The notes: generated by a model from the letters alone, not told the origin. Positions 36,216 to 45,640 are shown, numbered from the stretch's first letter. The stretch: 64,000 bases of DNA from Pyrodictiaceae archaeon (GCA_015521735.1 WANQ01000038.1:30705-94704), one strand, 5' to 3'. Made by a program: numbers and translations.

Positions 36216-37976
36216 TTGACAGGTCAAGACAAGTATGAGAAAATAGTAGAACTAGCACGACGTAGGGGCTTCTTCTGGCCAGCATATGAGATCTACGGTG
36301 GTGTTAGTGGATTCTACGAGTTAGGACCACTAGGCACATTGCTTAAGAAGAACATAGAGAATAAGTGGCGGGAATGGTTCATTAGACGCCACCAGGAATA
36401 TGTTGTTGAGATAGAAACACCAGTTATAACTCCTAGTAGAGTATTAGAAGCAAGTGGACATGTAGAACACTTTACAGACCCCATAGTCGAGTGCTTAAAG
36501 TGTGGCAGGGTTTTCAGAGCCGACCACTTAGTAGAAGAAAAACTCAAATTGAAAGTAGAGGGTATGAGTATAGAAGAAATAGAGAAAATAATTAAGGAGC
36601 ACGATCTCCGTTGCCCAGTATGTGGTGGACCATTAGGTAATGTTAGGCTCTTCAACCTATTATTCCAGACCACTATAGGGCCATATAAAGGTAATATAGG
36701 GTATCTTAGACCTGAAGCAGCTCAGGGAATGTTTGTTGCATTTAAGCGTGTATATGAGGCTATGAGGGCACGGCTACCTATAGGTATAGCTCAAATAGGT
36801 AGGGTTGCACGTAACGAAATATCACCTAGACAGGGTATGATTAGGCTACGAGAATTCACTATAATGGAGGTAGAATTCTTCTTCGACCCAGAGGAGCCAG
36901 AATGCCCTCTACTGGACAAGGTGGCGGATACCAAGCTTAGAATACTTACAGCTGAAGCTAAGAAACGTGGTGAAGATAAGCCAGAAGAATATACTGTAGA
37001 AGAGGCGGTAAGGGAGAAGATCATAATTAATCCATGGCTAGCATACTGGATGGCAGTAGCAAGAGACTTCGTACATGAACTAGGAGTACCATACGATAAC
37101 ATGTTCTTTGAAGACAAGCTACCCCATGAACGAGCACATTACTCTTCACAAACATTTGATCAGCTAGTAAAGGTTTCAAGATGGGGCTGGGTAGAAGTAT
37201 CAGGTCACTCGTATAGAGGAGACTATGACTTATCAAGGCACATGAAGTATAGTGGACAAGATCTAAGAGTATTCAAGTCCTACCCACAGCCAATTAAAAC
37301 TAAGGTAAAGAAGCTATTAGTAAACAAGGGGTTATTGGGAAAGGACTTTAAAGCTGAGTCTAAGAGGATAATTGAAAAGCTAAACTCTATGAGTATAAGT
37401 GAAGTGGAAAAACAGCTTAAAGAAAAAGGATACGTGATGGTTAACGGCTATAGAATAGACGAGAAATACGTTAAAGTAGTAGAGGTTGAGGAAAAGATTT
37501 CAGGTAAACACTTTATACCACACGTAGTAGAACCATCCTTTGGAGCTGAAAGACTACTATACATAACATTAGAGTACGCATACCGTGAAAAAGATGATAG
37601 AGTAATACTAAGTCTTCCAAGAGATCTAGCACCAATACAAGTAGCAGTATTCCCACTGCTTGCAAAGAAGGAGCTAGTAGTTAAAGCTAAGGAGATCTAC
37701 AATATGCTTGTAAACCATGGATTCTACGTCGTATACGATGAATCAGGTAGTATTGGTAGACGCTACGCAAGAGCAGATGAAATAGGAGTTCCAGCTGCAA
37801 TAACAGTGGATTATCAAACATTAGAAGACGATACAGTTACACTTAGAGACCGTGATACATGGAAGCAGATTAGAGTACCAGTACAAGCACTTGTAGAAAC
37901 TCTACAAAAATTCATATACCGTAACTTAGACTTAGAACAACTAGGAAACATTAAACCAGTTACGAAACCCTCTTAG
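36216..37976 (+). CDS. glyS: Glycine--tRNA ligase (archaeal/eukaryal alpha2 type)
   Basis: [43 protein letters not shown] and [13 protein letters not shown] motifs. 586 aa. Confidence 0.9.
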   Translation: MTGQDKYEKIVELARRRGFFWPAYEIYGGVSGFYELGPLGTLLKKNIENKWREWFIRRHQEYVVEIETPVITPSRVLEASGHVEHFTDPIVECLKCGRVFRADHLVEEKLKLKVEGMSIEEIEKIIKEHDLRCPVCGGPLGNVRLFNLLFQTTIGPYKGNIGYLRPEAAQGMFVAFKRVYEAMRARLPIGIAQIGRVARNEISPRQGMIRLREFTIMEVEFFFDPEEPECPLLDKVADTKLRILTAEAKKRGEDKPEEYTVEEAVREKIIINPWLAYWMAVARDFVHELGVPYDNMFFEDKLPHERAHYSSQTFDQLVKVSRWGWVEVSGHSYRGDYDLSRHMKYSGQDLRVFKSYPQPIKTKVKKLLVNKGLLGKDFKAESKRIIEKLNSMSISEVEKQLKEKGYVMVNGYRIDEKYVKVVEVEEKISGKHFIPHVVEPSFGAERLLYITLEYAYREKDDRVILSLPRDLAPIQVAVFPLLAKKELVVKAKEIYNMLVNHGFYVVYDESGSIGRRYARADEIGVPAAITVDYQTLEDDTVTLRDRDTWKQIRVPVQALVETLQKFIYRNLDLEQLGNIKPVTKPS

Positions 37977-38001
37977 CCTAATATTTAAGGGTGTAATATG
38001 T

Positions 38002-38454
38002 ATGAGTAGAGAAGAAGCTAGAGAGCAGAAAGTAGAAGATCAAAGCAAACAGAAAGAAAAGAAGAAGGATATCAAAGCACTTGTAGCAGTTATACCACCT
38101 GCTACACAGCTTCTTGGAAGAAAAGAGAAGAAGTTAGCTGAGAAAAGAATAAGAGTTAGAAGGAAACCCAACGTTAAGCCCGAGTACGCATACATTAATC
38201 CTCAATTAGCTAAGGAGCTAGGAGTAAAAGAGTACTTAGAAATAGTTATAGCTAGAAGACATAGGTATGCATTTAAGGCCATATTAGATGAAAATGTTCT
38301 AGTAAACGAGGTTTGGTGTAATGAGGATCTACTTAGAGAGGATGGTGTAGCAGATAACAGTATTGCAACAGCTAGAAGGATAGAAAAACCTCCTAAACTA
38401 GGTAGACTCGAAGAGAAGAAGAGAGTAGAAGAAGAGGAAGAGGAATTAGAGTAA
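38002..38454 (+). CDS. Hypothetical protein with K/E-rich termini
   Basis: 150 aa. The central part (IRVRRKPNVKPEYAYINPQLAKELGVKEYLEIVI...) may be a small beta-barrel DNA/protein-binding fold. Not recognised. Confidence 0.45.
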   Translation: MSREEAREQKVEDQSKQKEKKKDIKALVAVIPPATQLLGRKEKKLAEKRIRVRRKPNVKPEYAYINPQLAKELGVKEYLEIVIARRHRYAFKAILDENVLVNEVWCNEDLLREDGVADNSIATARRIEKPPKLGRLEEKKRVEEEEEELE

Positions 38455-38457
38455 GCC

Positions 38458-38844
38458 ATGATGGATTTTGAAGGATTAATAGACCAGCACTCTAGGATAA
38501 TCAGGCGAATAGAGGAATTATTTGAGAAATTAAGTGAAGTAGATGATACAAGCGATATTGAGAAAGAGCTAATACACTTATTCTGGAGACTATCAATTAT
38601 AAGGAAGAGGATAAACAAGACACTTAGCTTAGACGACATCTATACAGATGATGTGTTAACCCTACTAGAGTACTACAGCTTAATAGGTCTTAGCGAAGAA
38701 GAGGAATTGCTAACAAGAGCCTTAAACTATGGATTGAAAGGCTACAAGCTACTTAGCTCAAGAATTAGTGAGTTCAAGGAAAACATTAATGATGTAAGAA
38801 AGCTTAAGAGTAAACTTGAAAGAATAGTAGCACTACAACAGTAG
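38458..38844 (+). CDS. Hypothetical helical protein
   Basis: 128-aa ORF starting 4 nt after the previous stop. No family recognised. Confidence 0.4.
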   Translation: MMDFEGLIDQHSRIIRRIEELFEKLSEVDDTSDIEKELIHLFWRLSIIRKRINKTLSLDDIYTDDVLTLLEYYSLIGLSEEEELLTRALNYGLKGYKLLSSRISEFKENINDVRKLKSKLERIVALQQ

Positions 38845-40467
38845 CTAACGTTTAACCTTCTTTAAAACACGCTTAATCTTACCCCTAACCAATCTATCAC
38901 TTACCACATCTACTACTTCAACTAAAACCCTATACCCATAATAAATGGAGCCACCACTGATAACCACTACGGGTCCATGTTTTACAGGATAAGCTATTCC
39001 ATCGCTTCGTTTCCGCCCTACTACTATAACTTCGAGTTTTCTTCCAAGCATTTTCTTCTTGTAGTCTCTATTCAATTCTACAGCTTTCTCATCTATTAGC
39101 CTACTAGCAGGATCTTTAATTGATGGAAGCCCTGGCGGGAATCCCTCAAAAGCTGTACCTGGAAGAGGTGTAAACCTATAAACAGTTATCTTCTCAGCTC
39201 CCTTCTCAAACACCTTCTCCATAACATTTACTGTATCAATAGCTGTATCAATAGTTTGACCTGGTAAACCATGGATGAAGTAAACGTAGGGTCTAAGGCC
39301 ATGTCTAGCTAGTAGTTCTACAGCTTTAATACACTCCTCTGGCGTATTTGGTCTACCAATATCTATTGCATGTTTCTCAGAGCCAGTTTCACATCCTATG
39401 TGGACTGGGGTATCCTTTAAGAACTCTCCTAGAAGTCTAGCTACTTCTTCATCTACAAGATTAGCTTTAATGTTCTCAATCATTACAACTACTTCTCCTG
39501 AAGAGATTTCAGGAATACTCCATAGCTTGTTTAATAGCTTCTCTATGGCCTTAGTATTAGGTGGTGGTTCTCTAGGATTAGTTAACGGTAATGGTTCTAC
39601 AAGCCAGTCACGTCCATAGTCTAGGAAGTCTGGAGCACTTAGTACAATACGTGTAACACCTATATCCACTAGCTCCTTGACCTCATCGTAGATAGAGTTA
39701 ATACTCCTACTACGTGGTGGACCATAGAGTGCAGGAACACTACAGTACCCACAACCCGGTGGAATATTTACTGGGCAATAGAGCCGTTGTTCTAGAGTTC
39801 CCTGCCTACATAGATCACAGTCAATGCATTTTACTCCATTTGCTAATTTCATTCTAGGTCTAATAAAGTTGCTACACCCTCTAACTACTTCAACGTAAAC
39901 TCTCAACCCCCAATAATGTGGGTAATCAGTAATTCTCTTAGTTGAGGGCTTAAAGAAGTCTAGTTCACTGCGAGTTAATCTAGGTGCACGTCCAGTGAAT
40001 ACTATCTTGTCGTTTACCTTGTAAGCTAAGCCTACTATAAGATTTAATTCATGGATTGAAGGTAGAACTCCATCGCGTAGACCTGCATCTAGTAGTGCTT
40101 TAACAACTTTTTCTCCTTCACCAACAACTATTAAGTCAAAGCCCTTATCCAATAAGAGACTATATTCTTCAGAGATAGGCCCACCTATTATGGCGGGACC
40201 ACTACCATATTCTCTCCAATACCTAAGAGTTCTAGTAGCACAACCCTTATCACTAGACATAGCTGAAACCATTAATACGTCGTAGTCAAGCATTACGGCT
40301 GGATTACTGGCTAGTTCTTCAAACACATAGATTCTTACATCAATTCCTTCTCTCTCTAAAACACCACTAATACTACGAGGACCTACACCTACAACATCTA
40401 ATGTTGCCTTTCTTTCACCTTTTCCTCTCGCCAAGCAATCAACTAATAATACTCTTGTCATTACCAC
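38845..40467 (-). CDS. Radical SAM superfamily protein with a Rossmann-like N-terminal domain and a TRAM-like C-terminus (putative)
   Basis: 540 aa. VVRGCSNF...CIDCDLC...PPGCGYCSVP is a Cys-rich core. The N-terminus resembles B12-binding-like/MTTase domains, and the C-terminal segment GYRVLVEVVDVVSDRLVRGKI looks TRAM-like. Confidence 0.5.
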   Translation of the reverse strand: MVMTRVLLVDCLARGKGERKATLDVVGVGPRSISGVLEREGIDVRIYVFEELASNPAVMLDYDVLMVSAMSSDKGCATRTLRYWREYGSGPAIIGGPISEEYSLLLDKGFDLIVVGEGEKVVKALLDAGLRDGVLPSIHELNLIVGLAYKVNDKIVFTGRAPRLTRSELDFFKPSTKRITDYPHYWGLRVYVEVVRGCSNFIRPRMKLANGVKCIDCDLCRQGTLEQRLYCPVNIPPGCGYCSVPALYGPPRSRSINSIYDEVKELVDIGVTRIVLSAPDFLDYGRDWLVEPLPLTNPREPPPNTKAIEKLLNKLWSIPEISSGEVVVMIENIKANLVDEEVARLLGEFLKDTPVHIGCETGSEKHAIDIGRPNTPEECIKAVELLARHGLRPYVYFIHGLPGQTIDTAIDTVNVMEKVFEKGAEKITVYRFTPLPGTAFEGFPPGLPSIKDPASRLIDEKAVELNRDYKKKMLGRKLEVIVVGRKRSDGIAYPVKHGPVVVISGGSIYYGYRVLVEVVDVVSDRLVRGKIKRVLKKVKR

Positions 40468-40609
40468 TCCACTAAACTAAGCTTGCTAGATAGGAATTAA
40501 TAGTTTAACCATGTTAATAGCTAAGTATGTTTAAGGCTTCGTTAAGGTTTATTAAATGCAAGTACGTGGTACCACACGGAGAAACTAACAGTATGACGAG
40601 GTATAGTCT

Positions 40610-41293
40610 ATGGCTGAGGAATACTATTCACCAGAAGACATACGTAAAGCAAGTATAGCTGAAATGAACCTAATAGAAATGTTAAAATCCATTACAAGAA
40701 CTGTAGAAGACACGTTCATAGAGGTAAACGATATAGTACTAAGCTTCCTAAACGGTGACCTAGAAACAGTTAAAACAAGATACGTTAAAGCCCGTCACAT
40801 GAAGAACCAAGCTGAGGAGTTAAAGGACAAGGCAATGGAGTATTTAGTAAGAGTAAGCACTAGCCTACTATATAAGGACGTATATAGGATAGTACTCACA
40901 GACCTTGATAGAATAGCTCAAAATCTTGACGCTGTAGCTTATAGACTATATCTACTCGCTGATAGAGGATACACATTGAAGGGAACAATAGTTGACAGAG
41001 TTAAAGAGTTCATGAATAGTATAAGGAAAGAAATATCTAGTCTAGGATCTTCAATAGAAATGCTCGCTATAAACCCCAAGAAAGCAATAGAGCACGCATC
41101 AGACATTATTAGAATGGAGGAAGAGGTAGACCAAGAATACCGTGAACTAGAGCTAATGGTGTTCGAAGGCTATGCTGAAAACATACCACTACTACTAGTA
41201 GTAAAGGAGGTAGTAGACCTACTAGAAGAAACATCAGATTTAACTAGAGATGCAGCAGACAACGTGAAATATATTGCATTACACAAGGTCTAA
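40610..41293 (+). CDS. DUF47/PhoU-like helical protein (TIGR00153-like)
   Basis: 227 aa, all-helical. LTDLDRIAQNLDAVAYRL and IRMEEEVDQEYRELE resemble the DUF47 repeats. Confidence 0.4.
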   Translation: MAEEYYSPEDIRKASIAEMNLIEMLKSITRTVEDTFIEVNDIVLSFLNGDLETVKTRYVKARHMKNQAEELKDKAMEYLVRVSTSLLYKDVYRIVLTDLDRIAQNLDAVAYRLYLLADRGYTLKGTIVDRVKEFMNSIRKEISSLGSSIEMLAINPKKAIEHASDIIRMEEEVDQEYRELELMVFEGYAENIPLLLVVKEVVDLLEETSDLTRDAADNVKYIALHKV

Positions 41294-41299
41294 TAAAAC

Positions 41300-41851
41300 A
41301 TGGCTGAAGCTAAAGGTGTTCTAGTAGGTATAAAAGTAGTAGTCTTAGATCACGAGCAAGCTAGAAAACTATTCTCTAAAGGCTTCTACGGTAAACCTGT
41401 AGGTATACGTAAACCTAAGTCAGCAGACTTTAATGCACCACTTGAGCTATCATTAATTGAGGCAATTTATCTCGTAGAGAAAGGAGTTCTAGAAGTAGAA
41501 TCCATTAACGGTAACAAGATGAGTTTAGAAGAATTATTAGAATACGCTGAGAAGAGCATACCCCGATTTAAGCCCTTATACATGGTTTACAAGGACTTAC
41601 GTGATAAAGGCTATATTGTTAGAAGTGGCTTAAAGTTTGGAGCAGACTACGCTGTATACGAGTTTGGGCCAGGAATAGATCATGCACCATACCTTGTACA
41701 TGTACTACCATTAGATGAGGTAATAGATCCGATAGAAATAGTTAGAGCAGGTAGACTCTCACATAGCGTACGTAAAAGCTTTATAATAGCTGCTGTAAAC
41801 CCGAGACATAATAGGATAAAATACGTAATGTTTAAATGGTTTAAACCCTAG
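41300..41851 (+). CDS. endA: tRNA-splicing endonuclease, catalytic subunit
   Basis: GADYAVYEFGPGIDHAPYLVHV...SHSVRKSFIIAAV contains the catalytic Y..H..K pattern. 183 aa. Confidence 0.85.
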   Translation: MAEAKGVLVGIKVVVLDHEQARKLFSKGFYGKPVGIRKPKSADFNAPLELSLIEAIYLVEKGVLEVESINGNKMSLEELLEYAEKSIPRFKPLYMVYKDLRDKGYIVRSGLKFGADYAVYEFGPGIDHAPYLVHVLPLDEVIDPIEIVRAGRLSHSVRKSFIIAAVNPRHNRIKYVMFKWFKP

Positions 41852-41967
41852 CCTTTTCTCGTGTGCACTACTAGTACACACTAGTATATATCATGGTTAG
41901 AGAGGAAGGAACAAGTAATGATACAATACTTCTACTTAAACAAGCACTACATTAACGGTGGACTATC

Positions 41968-42312
41968 ATGAACCGTGAAAAACGTTTTCCCAAGGGTAGA
42001 CATGATTATCAAAGAAGACCTAGACAACCATATAGGCCTCGACCACCAAGACAGCAACCAAGAATACCTCAGCGAAGACAAGAAGAACTAAAACCACTAC
42101 CTATAGGCAAAAAATGTAATCCTCTCTGCCCATTCTTTAGATGCGCTAATAGAGCTCTAATGGTTATGACAAAGTATGAATCAGGTAAACCCGTTAAAGT
42201 AGCATTCTGTAGATGGATTGGAGATAACTGCATAGGACATCAATGCCAGTACGCTTACTGTGAAAAGAAAGCACTACTACCAGATGGTACCCTGTGCCTT
42301 CGCATTACGTGA
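41968..42312 (+). CDS. Cys/His-rich small protein with an R/P/Q-rich N-terminus, hypothetical
   Basis: 114 aa. RRPRQPYRPRPPRQQPRIPQRRQ is followed by nine Cys (CNPLCPFFRC...FCRWIGDNCIGHQCQYAYC). Confidence 0.5.
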   Translation: MNREKRFPKGRHDYQRRPRQPYRPRPPRQQPRIPQRRQEELKPLPIGKKCNPLCPFFRCANRALMVMTKYESGKPVKVAFCRWIGDNCIGHQCQYAYCEKKALLPDGTLCLRIT

Positions 42313-42439
42313 AGAACAAGAGAAAAAGAAGACAAAAGACTACTTAGAAGAACTAGCAGAAGAGAAAATGGATGAAAAAGCACGTAGCATACTAGTTAGA
42401 CGTCTTGGACGCAAAGATTTAGAGGACCTTGAGTTTTAG
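42284..42439 (+). CDS. 51-codon charged helical ORF in the +1 frame overlapping the Cys-rich gene's end (separate peptide or frameshifted C-terminus)
   Basis: ATG 42284 to TAG 42437-42439: MVPCAFALREEQEKKKTKDYLEELAEEKMDEKARSILVRRLGRKDLEDLEF. Overlaps 29 nt of the upstream ORF and 44 nt of convergent ubiX. Confidence 0.3.
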   Translation: MVPCAFALREEQEKKKTKDYLEELAEEKMDEKARSILVRRLGRKDLEDLEF

Positions 42440-42995
42440 CCTTACTCCACCTAGTATATAGGTCGTGATCTATTCCAAGAACATCTAACACCCTGCCAAC
42501 AACATAGTTTACTAGGTCACTTATACTCCTAGGATTATGGTAAAATGCTGGTGAAGCAGGCATAACGATAACACCTATCCGTGAAAGCCTAGCAGCGTTT
42601 TCAAAGTCAATACTACTCCAAGGAGTTTCACGTACAACCAACACTAACTTCCTACCAAGCCTAATAGTGTTCAAAGCAGTTCTTGTAAGCAAGTTATCTC
42701 CAATACCATTAGCAATAGCTGCAAGACTCTTAAGACTACAAGGAATAACAACCATCGCATCATAAATAAAGCTACCACTAGCTAAATCACAGCTCCAGTC
42801 ATCTTCAAAACAGAAACCAGTACTCATTCCTTTCAATTCTTCTACAAACCTGTCACTACACTCAAATAAACCTACCTCCACAGCATTTCTACTAACAACA
42901 ACCCAAACATCATGGCCTAAACCAGCTAGCACCTTTACCAATCTCCAACCATAAATAATCCCACTAGCACCACTAAACCCAACTACAATCCTCAA
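42396..42995 (-). CDS. ubiX: UbiX/Pad1-family flavin prenyltransferase
   Basis: MRIVVGFSGASGIIYGWRLVKVL N-terminus and VVIPCSLKSLAAIANG motif. 199 aa. Confidence 0.85.
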   Translation of the reverse strand: MRIVVGFSGASGIIYGWRLVKVLAGLGHDVWVVVSRNAVEVGLFECSDRFVEELKGMSTGFCFEDDWSCDLASGSFIYDAMVVIPCSLKSLAAIANGIGDNLLTRTALNTIRLGRKLVLVVRETPWSSIDFENAARLSRIGVIVMPASPAFYHNPRSISDLVNYVVGRVLDVLGIDHDLYTRWSKAKTQGPLNLCVQDV

Positions 42996-43070
42996 AACAA
43001 TTACACCACACTACATTCTATGTAGGATAGGAGACACCTAAATAAACTAGAACAGTAAACATACTAACCT

Positions 43071-43133
43071 GGATGATATAGCTCGAAAGGGCTGAACATA
43101 CTAGAGTAAATGATGAGCCCGCGCAGGGATGAC
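43071..43133 (+). ncRNA. Weak C/D-box sRNA candidate
   Basis: GGATGA (43071-43076), 15 nt, CTGA (43092-43095), 14 nt, perfect ATGATGA (43110-43116), the 12-nt GC-rich segment GCCCGCGCAGGG, then ATGA instead of CTGA. An isolated GC-rich patch in an AT-rich spacer. Confidence 0.25.
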
Positions 43134-43290
43134 ATTTACCTTGAAGATAATTTATTCACTCATAAAATACTTGAATTGAATGTATAATCATATTCTATTA
43201 CTACTCTATCAACTAAAAGCTAAGCTTATAAAGCATGTATGTGAGTCCTATTGTAGTAATTCAGAAGTCTTTAAATGGGGTGCTACTTAA

Positions 43291-44067
43291 ACGCGTAAAC
43301 TAATAGATAGGCTTAAAGCAGTCTTAGAAAGGAGTAGAGAATACTGTAAAGGAATAGTCTATGTAAGCATAAGGGACTCATTAAAAGTTCCTGGATGCCC
43401 TATATGTAGACTCCTACATAAAGTAGAGGAAGATCTCATAGAGGCCCTTCTCTATGAACAAGTAAATGACCCAGAAACACGTAGAGTGCTTAGGGAAAGC
43501 TTAGGTTTATGCCCATACCATGCCTGGTTATTAGTAGATCTTGTACGTAGGAACCCCTACTTAGATGCATTGGGCCCATCAATAATATATGAGGATATGC
43601 TGACAACCCTTATCTCTAGAATAGAATCAAAGCATGATAGTACACTATCACATATAGGCTCATGCTTAATATGTAGATATGTTGAAGACTACGAGAGAAT
43701 ATATGTTGATGAACTATCTACTTGTACGGAGAAGTCAGATCTACTTGAACTATATGCTAAAAGTAGCTCAATTCTATGCCTTAGACACTACACAATGGTC
43801 CTCAATAGTATTCAGAGCGTTAATGCTAGAAATAAATTAAGGCAAATACAATTAAGGAAACTCAGGGAACTATTAGAAAGTGTAAGAGCATTCATAAGAA
43901 AACAAGACTACAAAGTTAGAGAAGAACCTAACAAAGCTGAAGCTCTAGCATGGATAAGAGTTGTTGAAGTACTTAAGGGCTATAAGACCTCTGCAACAAT
44001 ATTGCATGATAGTAGAGTTGCCGGAAAAGGCATTAAGCATAGATTACGTAAACTAGTACCACGTTAA
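43291..44067 (+). CDS. DUF6062-like Cys/His-rich protein. The open frame starts at 43291, but the first canonical start (GTG) is at 43486
   Basis: VPGCPICRLLHKVEEDLIEALLYEQVNDPETRRVLRESLGLCPYHAWLL fits the remembered DUF6062 N-terminus (GCPFCRL...GFC..H). A second pair follows, GSCLICRY...ILCLRHY. The first CxxC lies upstream of the ORF-track start. Confidence 0.55.
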   Translation, partial: TRKLIDRLKAVLERSREYCKGIVYVSIRDSLKVPGCPICRLLHKVEEDLIEALLYEQVNDPETRRVLRESLGLCPYHAWLLVDLVRRNPYLDALGPSIIYEDMLTTLISRIESKHDSTLSHIGSCLICRYVEDYERIYVDELSTCTEKSDLLELYAKSSSILCLRHYTMVLNSIQSVNARNKLRQIQLRKLRELLESVRAFIRKQDYKVREEPNKAEALAWIRVVEVLKGYKTSATILHDSRVAGKGIKHRLRKLVPR

Positions 44068-44633
44068 CAATTCTTCTTCAACATTTTCCTACGATACTTC
44101 TCCACTAAATCTACTATATCGTTGAGAAGAGACTCTTCATCTTCAACATACTTTTTCTCATCTAGTTCCCTCCTAAGAACTAACACGTAGTTTTCCATAT
44201 AGTTTTTAAGAAAATCTTGATATTCCTTAATCTTCTCCTCACTAGAATTTATATTCCCATACCCTGAATTCTTCAATACATTATAACATGTCTTTAAATC
44301 TGATAATACACTACTCAAAATCATAATAAGCTTCCTCATCTCCTCAATTACATCTCTAAGCCTTAACCTATAATACAAGTATCCACTCTCAATTCTAAGA
44401 CAATCATATGCTCTATCCCATACTTCTACACTATCAATTCTATTACGACCGTATTTCTTCTCTAGTATCCAGTACCAGTAACCTTTGGATACTAGATTTT
44501 TTACAGACTCCTCTAGACTGTTTAAACCTTCACCAACCATGTAGTTATCAATTAGTTCTCTAAGATGTTCATCTAATTCTATACATACTTGCTTATTCCT
44601 ATTCTTACGTTTAAATAACTTCAATTCTATCAT
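44064..44633 (-). CDS. Hypothetical protein with a possible N-terminal ribbon-helix-helix
   Basis: 189 aa. KQVCIELDEHLRELIDNYMVGEGLNSLEESVKNLVSKGY looks RHH/CopG-like and the rest is helical. Convergent 4-nt overlap (TTAA) with the DUF6062-like gene. Confidence 0.45.
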   Translation of the reverse strand: MIELKLFKRKNRNKQVCIELDEHLRELIDNYMVGEGLNSLEESVKNLVSKGYWYWILEKKYGRNRIDSVEVWDRAYDCLRIESGYLYYRLRLRDVIEEMRKLIMILSSVLSDLKTCYNVLKNSGYGNINSSEEKIKEYQDFLKNYMENYVLVLRRELDEKKYVEDEESLLNDIVDLVEKYRRKMLKKNC

Positions 44634-44726
44634 CTACACAATATAATACGTTAAATCATCGTAATTAAAGTTATTGCTATGGGTCTTTTAACTCTTATGG
44701 GAACTCTTTAACTATACAATAGGAGT

Positions 44727-44797
44727 GGTCAGTTCCTGCCGGATAAGTCATCCCTTCTCTTAGGGTCCTATGGTGGGACTATTGTCTTCATCCCTTT
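44727..44797 (-). ncRNA. Weak C/D-box sRNA candidate
   Basis: The minus strand reads AAAGGGATGAAGACAATAGTCCCACCATAGGACCCTAAGAGAAGGGATGACTTATCCGGCAGGAACTGACC. C-like GATGAAGA, C'-like GATGAC and terminal CTGA are present, but no clear D' box and the spacing is non-ideal. Confidence 0.25.
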
Positions 44798-44864
44798 CTA
44801 GACTATTTGCTCTAAGCTTATATTAGCTATTGTCGGTTAAGACATACTAGCGGTGTAGGAACCT

Positions 44865-45608
44865 GTGAGCAATAAATGTGTTAACATTATAGCTGTTGGC
44901 GATGTACATAGCCCTGACTACCTAGAAATGTATTCTAGGGCTATTAGCTCTCTTAGAGGTAGACCAGTAGATGTAATCTTATGGCTAGGAGATATGGTGA
45001 GAAAGGGTAGAGTTGAAGCACTTAAACCAGTAGTAACCATTACTCGCAGATATTATCCTGAAACACCTATAGTAAGCGTATTTGGCAATGAAGAGTACTG
45101 GGGACTTGAGGAAGTATTCCGTAAGAACTATCCAAGTATAATATGGCTTGACGATGAATACAAGCTACTAGATATTCGCGGTGCTAAGCTTGGAGTAGTA
45201 GGTACACGTGGAGCACTAGAAAGACCTACACGATGGCAACGTAAGAATAAACCAGAGCTGTGGAGAATATATCGTGAAAGACCTAAGAAAATTGAGCAAT
45301 TACTACGCGAAGCAAAGAATAGAGCTGACATAGTAGTTCTTGCATCCCACTACACTATAGGTTTTGAAACAGCTAAAGGAGAACCACCAAGCATACTCCC
45401 GGAAATGGGGAGCAAAGCTATGCTTGAAGTAGTAGTAAGAGTCAAACCCGATGCAGCTTTCCATGCGCATGCACATAATGCACGAGTAGTTGAGGCAACA
45501 ATTAATGGAGTCAAAATCTATAATGTGAGCATTGTTGCGAGGAAGAGTGTATGGTATGGTAGGGTATGTAGGGTTATGAGAGGTCTTGAAGTATTCTTTA
45601 AATCCTAG
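44865..45608 (+). CDS. Calcineurin-like metallophosphoesterase
   Basis: IIAVGDVHSP, LWLGDMV, GNEEY and HAHAHN motifs. Confidence 0.75.
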   Translation: MSNKCVNIIAVGDVHSPDYLEMYSRAISSLRGRPVDVILWLGDMVRKGRVEALKPVVTITRRYYPETPIVSVFGNEEYWGLEEVFRKNYPSIIWLDDEYKLLDIRGAKLGVVGTRGALERPTRWQRKNKPELWRIYRERPKKIEQLLREAKNRADIVVLASHYTIGFETAKGEPPSILPEMGSKAMLEVVVRVKPDAAFHAHAHNARVVEATINGVKIYNVSIVARKSVWYGRVCRVMRGLEVFFKS

Positions 45609-45640
45609 TACTCTAAGTAATCTAGCTTAGTGGTTACACA

